A DNA stretch of 47,223 nucleotides from Chiloscyllium plagiosum (taxonomy: Eukaryota): positions 2,259,783 through 2,307,005 of the forward strand of contig NC_057755.1 in the NCBI RefSeq assembly GCF_004010195.1, given 5' to 3'. Positions 23,530 through 35,519 of the stretch are shown piece after piece; the first letter of the stretch is position 1, and every line of letters begins with the position of its first letter. The notes under the pieces were generated by a model that was given only the letters and a program-made list of their open reading frames with translations, was not told the DNA's origin and did not search any database. The translations under genes and the position numbers were made by a program.

Positions 23530-23980
23530 TATTTGAGACAAAACATTGTTTCAGACATATACACTAAACGCTGCATCCGGAAACCTAAGAGCATTGTAGA
23601 AGACCTCACACGCCCTCCACTCAAACTCTTCTCCCTCCTGCCATCTGGAAGAACACACTGGAGCATTCGGTCTCTCACGGCCAGACTGTGCAATCGTTTC
23701 TTTCCCCAATCCATCAGGCTCCTTGACGCTGTGTGACTAGACTCTCTCCGATCTGAAATTCTTTGCACGGTTGCAAATTGCAACTAGAAAAATGTATTTA
23801 ACAATTTATAATTCTTTTATTACACTGCGACTTGCGTGTTTTGCATTTCTTATGCACTTTCTGCCATGACCGATTGTGTAGTTTGTGCTGTCCATGAAGC
23901 ATTCTCGGTCCTGGAGGAACACTATCTCATTTTTACTGTATGAGTTGTATATGGTAGAAATGACAAATAAAAGCTACTGT
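23530..23980 (+). mobile_element. Rex1/Babar-type LINE 3' end
   Basis: IYTKRCIRKPKSIVEDLTRPPLKLFSLLPSGRTHWSIRSLTARLCNRFFPQSIRLL matches the Rex1/Babar C-terminal motif (HP...F.LLPSGRR.R....T.RL.NSFFP.AIRLLN); the 3' UTR ends near AATAAA at ~23967. Confidence 0.8.
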
Positions 23981-25380
23981 CTGCCTGCCCCACGCACTCC
24001 CCATCATAATACCTCAATTGAATGTGCAAGTAAGAAATGCCATTGGTTTGTTTGCAGTACAGCGGAACCTCCAATGTTTATTTGTTTCTTAATATGCTAT
24101 TGGAAAAAAACTAAACAGCTTCAGCGTCTACATATGCGTACACTGTTTTTTACATTAATAAAGTATATTTTTCAAATTGCAAAACGAACGGTTTCTTAGT
24201 TATAGCTTGAAAATGACGCGATGAATACTATTGGATCCAAAGAGGAAATGGCTAAATTGTTCAGGAAAAAAAAGGCAAGCCGAAGCTTCAGGAGCAGTTC
24301 AGAATTCGAAAAGATTGTTCAAGGCTGGAGCAATCAAAGTGAGAATACAAATGCAGCGAACAGAAGAAAGTGAGTGCGACTTTTTTTTCAAGGATATACA
24401 AAGTTTTAAAAAAAGATTTGTAATGTCAGTGTAAATCCCATAAGTTCGCAATCGTTTAAATTTGAACAGGAGGGGAGAAAGAAAATGGTAGACGAATAAT
24501 ACATATACACGTGGTTTTCCTTTCACAAATAACCTCCCAGAAATGTTCCCTAGGCAATGCATTTCTTGAAGGGTAGAATTCAAGAAAATCCATCCATTTT
24601 AAAAAAAAATCGGGAAATTAATGGAGTTAATCGCTGACAAATCACCAAGCCATGATAATTCCCCATTGGAGAGTGCAAAAGATAGTGCCGTTGGAAATAT
24701 TGTATTCTGGTCACCGGTTTCCAAAATTATGCAGACCTTGGAGAAGTTTGTATAGATTGGTGAATGGTAAGAGTAACCACACTGTTTAAAAATGGCAGGG
24801 AGAGAGGGGTGAAAACGAAAATGATAGAACAGTTAGCCTACCAGTAGTGGAAAAATGCTAGAATCTGTAATTTTAAAAGGGAGCTGCACATTTAGCAAGA
24901 ATTCAAAGAAAGTGACAAAGTCAGTATTGAGCTTTGTTGAGAATACAACCAATGGAATAGAGAAGGGTGAAGCAATGGATTGGGTGAACTTGCATTCATG
25001 TAGGCTTTTGATAAAATTCCACACAAGGACCTCATGGACACATGTAATTGCATGAATTGGGGAGTAATATATTGACGTGGTTGAGAATTAATTGTCAGAC
25101 TAGACACAGGCAATGGGAACTAATGCCTCTTTTTCTCAAGATGGCAGGCACAGACTAACGCGATAGCTTGCACCCCCATATCTTCATGATATTTATTAAG
25201 AGCGTAGAGGACAGAAATAAAGATAATATTTCCAAGCTGGCCACCGCCACAAAAATCATCAGGTTTATAAGTTGTAAGAAGACGTCAGGGCAATGAAGAG
25301 AATTTGAATTATAGCATCAAGAAATGGCATGTGGCGGTCATAATGCGGATGAAGGTCATAATGCGGTCATAATGCTTTGC

Positions 25381-25511
25381 TCATTCCTGAAGAAGGGCTT
25401 ATGCCCGAAACGTTGATTCTCCTGTTCCTTGGATGCTGCCTGACCTGCTGCGCTTTTCCAGCAACACATTTTCAGCTCTGATCTCCAGCATCTGCAGTCC
25501 TCACTTTCTCC
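25381..25511 (+). mobile_element. Short Penelope-tail element with the best-preserved minimal hammerhead motif
   Basis: CTGAAGA(25387-25393)-A-GGGC-TTAT-GCCC-GAAA-C-GTT, followed by the tail shared with 11120-11285 and 33140-33230. Confidence 0.8.
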
Positions 25512-25654
25512 ATAAAAAACGGAAAGTCAGATTTGCTTAAATTATGATAATTTGAGATATATGATTGTATATTTGGATGACCTTGCGCACAAGCAGATGA
25601 CCTTCTGCTTGCGTCAATGAAAGTAGACAGAGAGATACAGGGACAGGAGATAGT

Positions 25655-25840
25655 GACATCTGCAAATGCTGGAGAGTGTGGTGCTGGAAAAAGCAAAACC
25701 GGTCAGACTGCATCCAAGGAGCAAGAGAGTCGACGTTTCAGGCATCACACTTCGTCGGGAGATGACAAAGGTTATGCCACAAACAGCGACTCTTTTGCTA
25801 TTCGGACACTGCCTGATTTGATGTGATTTTTCCAGGGAAA
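25655..25840. mobile_element. Degenerate palindromic Penelope-tail mini-element
   Basis: ctgcaaatgctggag..gtgctggaaaa..gcatcc.aggagcaagagagtcgacgtttc, then a plus arm gatgac..ccacaaac.gcgactctttt..ctgcctg..ttttccag. Confidence 0.6.
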
Positions 25841-26631
25841 CACTTTACAGATAAGTGCAGCAAACAATTCAACTGGCAAATGATAGATTGTAAGAGGTTT
25901 TGACTTAAGAAAGAAGCATGTCTCAATGCAGTGATCTGAAGCTTTGGAGATACCACACCTGAAGTACTGTGTGCAGTTTGGTGTCTCTGTCTAAGAAAGG
26001 ACACAATGACTCAGATGAAGGTCAGCAGAGGTTCGGTACCTTGATACTAGGATGGCAAGATTATCCCATCCGGAGATGTTGGTTTGTCTTGGCCTGTGTT
26101 TATGAGAGTTTAGAAAAATAAGAGATTTGAATGAAATGTAGGAAATTCAAACACAGTTAGATACACAAGATACAAGGAAGATATTTCCCTTGTTTGGGGA
26201 GTCTAGTATGAGGTGACACAATATCACTGTACAGGATACTCCATCTTAGACTGAGATAAGTAAACACTTATTCACTAGGAGGATTGTCAACTGATAGAAT
26301 TCTCCACCACAGAAGTCTGGGAAGATTGGATCATTTAGTGCATTCAAGAGAGAGGTTGATATAGTTTTACATATTTGGAGCATTTTGGTGCTGAGAGAGA
26401 AAGCTGGAATATGGTGTTGAGATCCAAATTCAGCCACCATTGTGCCTGACCTGCTGTTCTTTTCCAGCACCGCACTTTCCTCCCTAATCTCCAATATCTG
26501 CAGTCCACGCGTTGTTGCTGAAAGATGGGAACAGCCTGATTGATCAAGGTCGCTGTCTATCAAAGGGGTGGGGTAGCCAGATAGGCTGAAAGTGGTGTTG
26601 GAAACTGCTTGAAACTGCTTGGTTGCCTGAC

Positions 26632-28890
26632 GTCATAGAGCCACAGAGATGTACAGCATGGAATCCGAACCTGCGGTCCAACTCGTCCATGCCGTCCAGA
26701 TAACCCAACCCACTGTAGTCCCACCTATCAGCACCTGATCCATATTCCTTCCTATTCGTATACCCACCCAGATGCCTTGTAAATGTTGCAATTATACTAG
26801 CCTCCACCACTCCCTCTGGCAGCTCATTCCATACACATACCACCCTCTGATTGAAAAAGTTGCCTCGTAGGTCTCTTTTATATATTTCCCCTCTCACCCC
26901 AAACCTATGCTCTCTAGTTCTGTACTCCCCCACACCAAGGGAAGAAACATTGTCTATTAATCTATTCCATGCCCCAAATGATATTATAAACCTCTGCAAG
27001 GTCACACCTCAGCCTCCGATGTTCCAGAGAAAACAGCCCCAGCCTATTCAGGTGAATTGGCCATACTAAATTGCCCGTAGTGTTAGGTAAGGGGTAAATG
27101 TAGGGGTATGGGTGGGTTGCACTTCAGCGGGTCGGTGTGGACTTGTTGGGCCGAAGGGCCTGTTTCCACACTGTAATGTAATCTAATGTAATCTAATCTA
27201 ATCTATTCAACATCTCCCTGTAGCTCAAATAATCCAACCCTGGCAACATCCTTGTAAATCTTTTCTGAACTATTTCAAGTTTTACAACATGTTTCCGATA
27301 CGAAGGAGACCGGAATTGAACGCAATATTCCAAAAGTGGTTTGACCAATGTCCTGTACAACCACAAGATGACCTCCCAACTCCTGTACTCAATGCTGTCA
27401 ACAATAAAGAAAAGCATGTCGAGCGCCTTCTTCACTATCCTATCAACCTGCGACTCAACTTTCAAGGAGCTATGAACCTGCACTCCAAGGTCTCTTTGAT
27501 CATCAAAACTCCCCAGGACCTTACCATTTTGTGTATAAGTCCTGCTAACATTTGCTTTCCCAAAATGCAGCACCTCACATTTATGTAAATTAAACTCCAT
27601 CTGCCACTTCTCAGTCCATTGACCCATCTGGTCAAGAGCCGGTTGTAATCTGTGGTAACCTTCTTTGCTGTCCACTACACCTCCAATATTGGTGTCATCT
27701 GCAAACTTACTAACTATATTTCTTATGCTCCCATCCAAATCATGTACATAAATTATGAAAAGTAGTGGGCACAGCACCGATCCTTGCAACACTCCACTGG
27801 TCACAGGCCTTCAGTCTGAAAAGCAACCCACCACCACCACCTTCTGTCTTCTACCTTTGAGACAGTTCTGTAACCGAATGGCGAGTTTCCACAGTATTCC
27901 GTGAGATGTAATGGACTCTACCATGGGGAACCTTGTTAAATGCCTTACTGAAGTCCAGATAAATCACATCTACAGCTCTGTCCTCATCAATCCTCTTTGT
28001 TACTTCTTCAAATACCTCAATCGAGTTTCTGAGGCATGATTTCCCATGCATAAAGCCATGTTGACTATTCGTAATCACTCCTTGCCTTTCCAAATATATG
28101 TACATCCTGTCACTCAGGATTCCCTTCCACAACTTGTCCACCACAGACATCAGGCTCACTGGTCTGTAGTTCCCTGGCTTGTCCTTACCAATTATCTTAA
28201 TCGGAGGCACCACTTTAGCCAACCTCCAGTCTTCCAGCCCCTCACCTGCCATTATCGATGATACAAATATCTCAGCAAGGGGACCGACAAACACTTCCCT
28301 AGCGTCGCACAGAGTTCTAGGGTACTACTGATCAGGTCGTGGTGATTTATCCACTTGTATACGTTTCAAGATATCCAGCACTTCCTCCTCTGTAATATGG
28401 ACATTTTTCAAGATGTCACCGTCTATTTCCCTGCATTCTATATCTTACATGTCCTTTTCCACAGTAAATACTGGTGAAAAATACTCGTTTAGTATCTGCA
28501 CCATCTCCTGCAGCTCCACACAAAGGCCACCTTGATGATCTTTGAGGGGCCCTATTCTCTGCCTCGTTACCCTTTTGTCGTTAATGTCTTTGTAAAAACC
28601 TTTTGGATTCTCCTTTACACTATTTCCCAAAGCTATATCATACCCTCTTTTTGACGTCCTGATTTCTCTCTTAAGTAGACTCCTACAGCCTTTATACTCT
28701 TCAAAGGATTCACTCAATCTATCCTGTCTATACCTGGAAAATGCTTCCTTCTTTTCTTAACCAAACCCTCTATTTATTTAATCACCCAGCATTTCCTATA
28801 CCTACCAGCATTTCCTTTCATCCGAACAGAAATATACATTCTCTGGACTCTCGTTATCTCAGTTCTGAAGGCTTCCCATTTTCCAACCTG
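26632..28890 (-). mobile_element. CR1 LINE, ~2.2 kb 3' part of ORF2 (5'-truncated), with SINE insertion
   Basis: PGNYRPVSL, QHGFMHGKSCL, VIYLDFSKAFNKVPH, SGVLQGSVL, SKFADDT, LVKPLLEYCVQF; 3' tail at ~26632-26700. Confidence 0.95.
27051..27202 (+). mobile_element. 5'-truncated HE1-like SINE inserted into CR1, with TSD
   Basis: Body matches the reverse complement of 34674-34830; (TAATC)n tail; CTATTCA duplicated at 27044-27050 and 27203-27209. Confidence 0.88.
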
Positions 28891-29094
28891 CGAACATCTC
28901 AATCATCAAATTGGGGAATGTGATTGTGTGGAAAGGTTGCCACTTTTTTCTGTTTCGGGACCTGAATATTTGAGATGGCAGCTAGTCATTGGATGAAGCT
29001 ACATGGTTGGCTGAGGAGAATGTCAGATAAATGGCAGAATCTCTTACATTGGATGGTGTGCCCCATGGACTTCTCTAAGTATATATTTTTTTTA

Positions 29095-29967
29095 AATTCA
29101 TTGATTGAATAATTGATGTTACTGGATATCTCACAGCACATCGAATCTGCTCCTTGAACTTGGACGGAGTCACTCCAGAAATAAATGTATTTGTGCTTAA
29201 CTTAAAAATTCCTCAACATCAACTCAACTTCCTTAAATGCATTTTCAGAATCATTGTACTCCCAGGGATTCAATGCAATTTAATTTATTCTTTCCACATT
29301 ATAATATATGAATTCTGTAACGCACACCAACCACAGAACTATGAAGGTTTCGGACAGGGTGAAGAGTACAATCAAAAACTTTTATTCTTCTCTCTATTAC
29401 TTCATCACTTGGACTCTCTCTTGTGCTCTGACCCCTCAGTCCGTTGTTTAAACCATTGGCGACTATAATGTGCTCGACTGTCAGAGAATTGAGCGACAGA
29501 ATTAAAAAGAATGGAAGCAATGATGTTAACATCCTATGATGCCAGCCAAATGCCAGCCATCCAGGTTCAGGGTAATATATTGGCTTTCTTTAACACAGCT
29601 TCTGTATATTGTCAATTATAACCAACGGATGCTATGTGAAATACTGAGGGATTTTTTTCAAAAGAAACAAAATTAAACAGTGGTTGCTGCGATACACGCA
29701 GCTGCAGTTTTATTTCTGCAGTATTTTGTTTTTAGTCTCTGACAGCAAATGATCACAAATCGATCAAAGGAAAAAGTGACGGAGAACCAGTCAGAATAGT
29801 CTGTGGCTGCTCGGAGCAAGACATCATTAACATTACACAGAGGTGTAAGATATCGGAATGAACCTGGGACATAGTAATAATTGATAGGCTAAACATCATC
29901 TCAGTGACAATGAACAGTCGACCTGCTGTTGCTCAGAGTTGTGGCTCAGGGGTAGACAGGACTTGCA
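29095..29967 (-). pseudogene. GPCR copy 3 (GPR139-like, more divergent), decayed exon 2
   Basis: Minus strand reads YYYVPGSFRYLTPLCNVNDVLLRAATDYSDWFSVTFSFDRFVIICCQRLKTKYC, LTSLLPFFLILSLNSLTVEHII and STNTFISGVTPSKFKEQIRCAVRYP. Several frameshifts and stops; 5' end cut off by a CR1. Largely missed by the ORF track. Confidence 0.85.
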
Positions 29968-29969
29968 GC

Positions 29970-32665
29970 TTAATATTGCAGAGTACAAAGACTGTGGGAA
30001 GGAAGTAAAGAGGAGTCAAGAGAAGAGAGCAAGTTGCACATTTGAGAAAGGATGACATTACGACTGTACTTAGGCAGGATATTCCTCGGTGTACGCCCAG
30101 TTATTTGGTTGAACTGATAAATAAGAAATGAATTTATTGAGATTTTGTTATAGACCCCCAACAGTCCACGGGAAATTGAGAGAAAAAATTTTAAGGAGAT
30201 CTCAGTAATCTGTAAGAAAAAGTGGGTGGTAATGTTAGGATATTTTATATTTCCAAACAAAGACTGGGACGGCAGAAGTGTTAAGAGTTTAGGTAGACAA
30301 GAATTTCTTTAGTGTGTACAAGAAAATTTTCTGATTCAGTATATGGATGTACCTACTAGTGAAGGTAAAAACATGACTCACTTTTAGGAAATAAGACAGG
30401 ACAAGTAACTGAGGTGTCAGTGGGGGAGCACTTTGGAACTACCGACCATAATTCTATTAGTTTTCAAGTAGTGATGGCAAAGGATAGGCTGGATCTAAAA
30501 GTAAATTTTTTAAATTATAGAATTGCCAATCTTGACAGTCCCTGGCAACAATTTTCAAGAGTTGATTGGGGCGTTTGTTCTCAGGTAAAAAGTTAGAGAA
30601 TGGGAAGCCTTCAAAATTGAGATAACCAGATTCAGAGACAATATGTCCCTGATCGTGTGAAAGGCGAGCATGGTGGATGTAGGGAATGCTGGATGACGAG
30701 GGAAATTGAGGTTGTGATAAGAAAAAAAACATGCATATGTCAGGTATAGACTGCAGAGATCGAGTGAATACTTAAAAGAGTATAAAAGTAGTTGGAGTAT
30801 ATTTAAGAGAGAAACCAGGAGGGCACACAGGGGACATGAGATAACTTTGGCAAATAGGGTGAAGGAGAATACAAAGACATTTCATAACTATATTAAGGAC
30901 AAAAGTGTAACTATGGAAAAAATAGGAGACCTCAAAGATCAGTAAGGTAGCCTATGTGTGGAATTACAGGAAATGCGGCAAATATTAAAAGAGTATTTTG
31001 CGTCATTATTTACAATGGAGAATGACATGGAAGGTACAGAATTTGGGGAAATAGATGGTGACATCTTGAAAAATGCCCATATGACAGAGGAGGGGGTGCT
31101 GTATGTCTTAAAACACACAAAGGTGGATAACTCCCCAGGGCCTGATCAGGTGTACTATAGAACTCTTTGGAAGCTAGGGAAGATATTGCTGTGTCCCTTG
31201 CTGAGATATTTGTGTCATCGATAGTCAGAAGTAAGATGCCGGAAGATTAGAAGTTGGCTCAGGTGGTACCACCACTTAGAAAGGTGGTAACGAAAAGCCA
31301 GAGAACTATGGAGGTTGTGGGAAAAGTTGTGGGGGGAATCCTCAGGGACAAGATTTACATGTATTTGGATTGGCAAGGACTGATGAGGAACAGTCAATAC
31401 GGCTTTCCGTGTGGGAAATCATGTCTTATTAACTTGATTCAGTTTTTTTTTGAAGAACTAATAAGGAGGATTAATGAGTACAGATTGGTGAACGTGATCT
31501 ATGTGGACTTCGGGAAGGCGTTCAATCAGATTCCTCATTGCTAGAGTAGTTAGCAAGGTTCGATCACATTGAACTGAGGCAGACCCAGCCTTTGGGACAG
31601 AAGTGCCTTGAAGGTAGAAGACAGAGAGTGGTGGTGGACGCATGCTTTTCAGACTGGAGGTCTCTAACCATAGATGTGCCACAAGGATCGGTGCTGGATC
31701 CACAGCCTTTCCTAATTCATATACATGATTTGGATGTGAACATGGGAGATACAGTTAGTAAGTTTGCAGATGACACCAAAATTAGAGTTGGAGTGGACTG
31801 CGAAAAAGGTTACCTCAGTGAACAATGGGATCTTCTTCAGATCGGCCAATTTGCCGACGAGTGTCAGTTACAGCTTAATTTAGATGAATGCGTGGTGCTG
31901 CATTTTGGAATGGCAAACCAGAGCAGGACATATACAGTTAATGGTAAGGTCCTGGGGAATGTTGCTGAACAATGAGACGTTGGAGTGCAGTTTCATAGTT
32001 CCTTGAGACTGATTTCTCAGGATGATGAGAAGACGTTTGATATGCTTTCCTTTATTGGTCAGAGCATTGAGTACAGGAGTAGGGATATCTTGGTGTGTCT
32101 GTGCATGACATTGGCTAGGCCACTTTTGGAATATTGTGTGCTTTTCTAGTTTCCCTCTAAAAGGGAGGATGTTGTGAAACTTGAAAGGCTTCAGCAAAGA
32201 TTTAGAAGGACCTTGCCAGGTTTGGAGTATTTGAGCTATTGGGAGAGGCTGAACAGAATGGGGCTGTTTTCCCTGGTGCTTCAGAATCTGACGAGTGATC
32301 TTATGAAGAGTTTTCAAATCATAGGGGGCCCGGACAGGGTAAATAGACAAGGTCTTCTCCCTGTGTTCCTGGGTGGGGTGGGATCCAGAACAAGCGGGGA
32401 TAGATTTAGGGCGAGAGGAGAAAAATTTAAAAGGGACCAAAGGTGCCACATTTTCATGCAAAGTGTGATGCACATGTGGAATGATCTGCCAGAGGAAGTG
32501 ATGGTTGCTGGTGCAATTATAACATACAAAATGTATCTGGATTTGTAAATTTATAGAAAGTGTTGATAGGATTGTGAGGGCAAATGAGAGTTGATTAATT
32601 TTGGATAGCTGGTCAGCATGGGCAATTTCGGCCACAGTGACTGTTTCCATATTGCACACCTCCAG
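29970..32665 (+). mobile_element. CR1 LINE, ~2.7 kb (endonuclease C-terminus, RT, 3' UTR), decayed
   Basis: VGEHFGTTDHNSISF, NSPGPD, IYVDFGKAFNQIPH, VPQGSVL, SKFADDTK, MWNDLPEEV. Confidence 0.95.
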
Positions 32666-33054
32666 GAATCGATCTATGCCCAGTATGCAAAGAGCAGTAT
32701 AAAATATGTTCCATCGTAGATAAATAGTAGCATTTTAAATCTCAATTCTCTGTGTGAAATGAATCCCTGTGTTTTGGTAGCAACGTAGGATCTTGTGCAG
32801 GGAGAAACCTGAGATGATGTTTTGAGTTCAGTGAGCCGTGCTCAGGTGAAGATGTTCTGATGAACAGTGATTCCATTAACTCTGTTTCTCTTCCCACATG
32901 TGTTGCCATATCTGTTGGTTTTTGCCATTTATTTATGATTCTATTTCATATTTTCTGCACTCAAAGTGGTTTCATTTATTTCATTAAAATGCTTCACGTC
33001 CCAATATGCCTCCCAGAATTCTTAGAATTAGAGAACCAGACTATACAGAAAAGA

Positions 33055-33230
33055 GCTGGAAATGTGTTGCTGGAACAGCGCAGCAGATCAGGCAGCATCC
33101 AGGGAACAGGAGAATCGACGTTTCGGGCATAAGCCCTTCTCCTGTTCCCTGGATGCTGCCTGGCCTGCTGCGCTGTTCCAGCAACACATTTTCAGCTCTG
33201 ATCTCCAGCATCTGCAGACCTCACTTTCTC
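33055..33230. mobile_element. Young hairpin-shaped Penelope-tail mini-element with 14-bp TSD
   Basis: ~60-bp near-perfect inverted arms (~33052-33114 / ~33137-33199). CTATACAGAAAAGA at 33041-33054 and 33231-33244. Absent from the paralogous site at ~39430-39450. Confidence 0.9.
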
Positions 33231-33742
33231 CTATACAGAAAAGATCCTTCATTCCATTTGGTTTGAGCTAAGAAGCTTCACGATATCTGCATTCCTCCCG
33301 GCTTCTAGCACTATACACTTAGTCTCAAATGTTGTAATGCTTCATGTGTTCATCCTGGTAGTTTTTAAAGTTTGTGAGGTTTACAGCTTCCACGACCCAT
33401 CAGACACTGAATTACCAGACAACCACCACTCTGGTTGAAAACACTCTTCCTCAGATCCCCTCTAAATCTCTTCCCTTTCACCTTAAAAAATATGCCCTCC
33501 CCCCACCCTTCACCACCAATCCCCCGCGCCATCTGATGATTGCCTGCCTACACTTAGTTAAACCCAGGATTGTGCAGTTTCGAAATGGGTCAGGCCATTG
33601 GAAGTGTGATGTTCAAACGCGACATCTGAACTCTCCCACCTGCCCTAGTTAGGTGCTCAGATCTTTCACTGTTATATGGGCCGACGCAGGGATTATTTGG
33701 TCATCAATTTCCGACTTGTATTTTACCTCCTGTCTTTTTCAG

Positions 33743-34470
33743 TTAATTTCCTGGTCATTTTGTCCTTGCATGTGGTAAGTGTGACCTCTCTAAATGCAAA
33801 ACGTGCTGCTTGTTGTCTATGGGAACGTCAGAGCTAGTGTCCATTCTCAGTGAAATCAAACTGTTTCGACTCAAATACTTTGACTTCGCAAGGTGTTTCC
33901 TGGATATCACCCTGCGTGCAGTGATATCCTTGTCCCGGCTCATTCTGCCATAGACTGTTCCATCTGGGTCACTGTCCTTTTCTCCTTTGATCGTTTTGCA
34001 GTCATTTGCTGCCGGAAAATGAAGAGTAAATATTGTACAGAGAAACCCTTGGCTGTTGCTCTCGCCGCAGCTGACATTCTGCTCTGTTCAAAAATCATTC
34101 TATTCTATTTTCGATTTGAACCTGTGAGGATAATTGACAATGTTCAATGGTACAATCGAACAAAGTCAAGTTATTTTACTGATCCCAGATGGCTGGGATT
34201 CAATTGGTTTGGTGACATTTAACCCCTTTCATCCCATACGTGTTAATTCTGTTGATGAACACTCTGAAAGTCACGTACATCTTGGTGGCCAGTCGAATCA
34301 GCATTGAAATAACATTTCGTTGGAAGTATAGATCTCATCGATTTTACGAATGTTGAAGAAATGCTGAAGAATTTCAGCTGCAGTTCAAACACATTATTTT
34401 ATGCAGTGACTCTGTCCAGGTTCAGAGAGAAATTCAGGAATGCGGTGCATCAATTGATCACATAAATTCT
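33743..34470 (+). pseudogene. GPCR copy 4 (GPR139-like) exon 2, frameshifted, ICL3-TM6 deleted
   Basis: Acceptor tctttttcag| at 33742; AIDCSIWVTVLFSFDRFAVICCRKMKSKYCTEK; YFTDPRWLGF; SCSSNTLFYAVT. About 140 bp missing at ~34300 relative to copy 5. Confidence 0.88.
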
Positions 34471-34673
34471 TCACTGAATGACTCAGCAAAACAACTGAGA
34501 AAGCTCCAGAGGCAGCTGCAGTGTTCCCAGTGCAGGAATTGCAAGTGGACGGCCAAGGTTCCATCATCACAATCAGACGGGTCCAAGTATAACACCCAGC
34601 TGTGAATGGGGAGGGAGGGAAATAGTATTGGTCACCCTTTACCACGCTCAGGAACACGCTGCTATCCCTGATT

Positions 34674-34899
34674 AGATTAGATTAGATTAGAATACATTAC
34701 AGTGTGGAAACAGGCCCTTCCGCCCAACAAGTCCACACCGACCCGCCGAAGCGCAACCCACCCATACCCCTACATTTACCCCTTACCTAACACTATGGGC
34801 AATTTAGCATGGCCAATTCACCTGACCTGCACATCTTTGGACTGTGGGAGGAAACCGGAGCACCCGGAGGAAACCCACGCAGACACAGGGAGAACGTGA
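34674..34899 (-). mobile_element. 5'-truncated HE1-like SINE with TSD, apparently young
   Basis: (ATTAG)n tail; CTGATT at 34668-34673 and 34900-34905; empty paralogous site at ~40960. Confidence 0.9.
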
Positions 34900-35519
34900 C
34901 TGATTGACTGATGGATAGTCACACACGGTGACACAGAGGCAATGAGCAGCAAGAGCCAATTCAGCCCTTCGAGCCGAGCTCTCATGCCTTTCTAGAAGAT
35001 CGTTGCTCATCCAATTGTAACGTCAAACACACATATCTGTGTGCAATGAGCACCGACCCAAAATGTTAACAAGAATCTTTTCATCTCCACGTTCAACAAT
35101 ATTGAAGAACGTGACAAAGGGTCAGGTAAAGGCGCAAAAGGTGACTGCCAGTTGCAAAGTAGCATGGAAAGTGGCTAGAAGAGTGATTCATAATGACAGA
35201 CTGGCTGTGAGTGATGTGTTCAGCTGGAACATTGGGTCTTCACGGACGATTCTGTGGATGAGTGTTAAAGACCGGCGGGAGGTGTCTGCATTTTCCCTAC
35301 CGGGGAAGGAGGGGGAAGGGCAGAAACAGTTCCTCCTGCACCATGATGATTGTCAGACTCTCTCTCTGTTCAGCTCACGATAAACACTTTATTACACAAA
35401 TGAAAGGCTCCAGGTACGGGTGATCACCTCTTCTGAACAGTTTATTGTTACATGCACACTTGTATTTGAGGGAGTATTGAGTCAACATTTTGTTGACTCC
35501 CATCACAAGAATATCGCTT

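Larger units (their letters stand above)
24225..26440 (+). mobile_element. Old, heavily decayed CR1 ORF2 interrupted by two Penelope-tail elements
   Basis: Remnants of ADKSP, VTTLFKNG.R, VSL.SSGKMLES, ISKLATATK, PHLKYCVQF and FT.RIVN motifs in the expected order. Confidence 0.7.

Noticed and set aside
24231..24434. Basic 67-aa ORF as a host gene
   Set aside because: It lies in the decayed CR1 ORF2 linker region between the endonuclease and RT domains.
11121..33244. CRISPR-like array or prokaryotic system from recurring short repeats
   Set aside because: The repeats are dispersed retroelement tails in a vertebrate context, with no regular repeat-spacer period and no cas-like ORFs.
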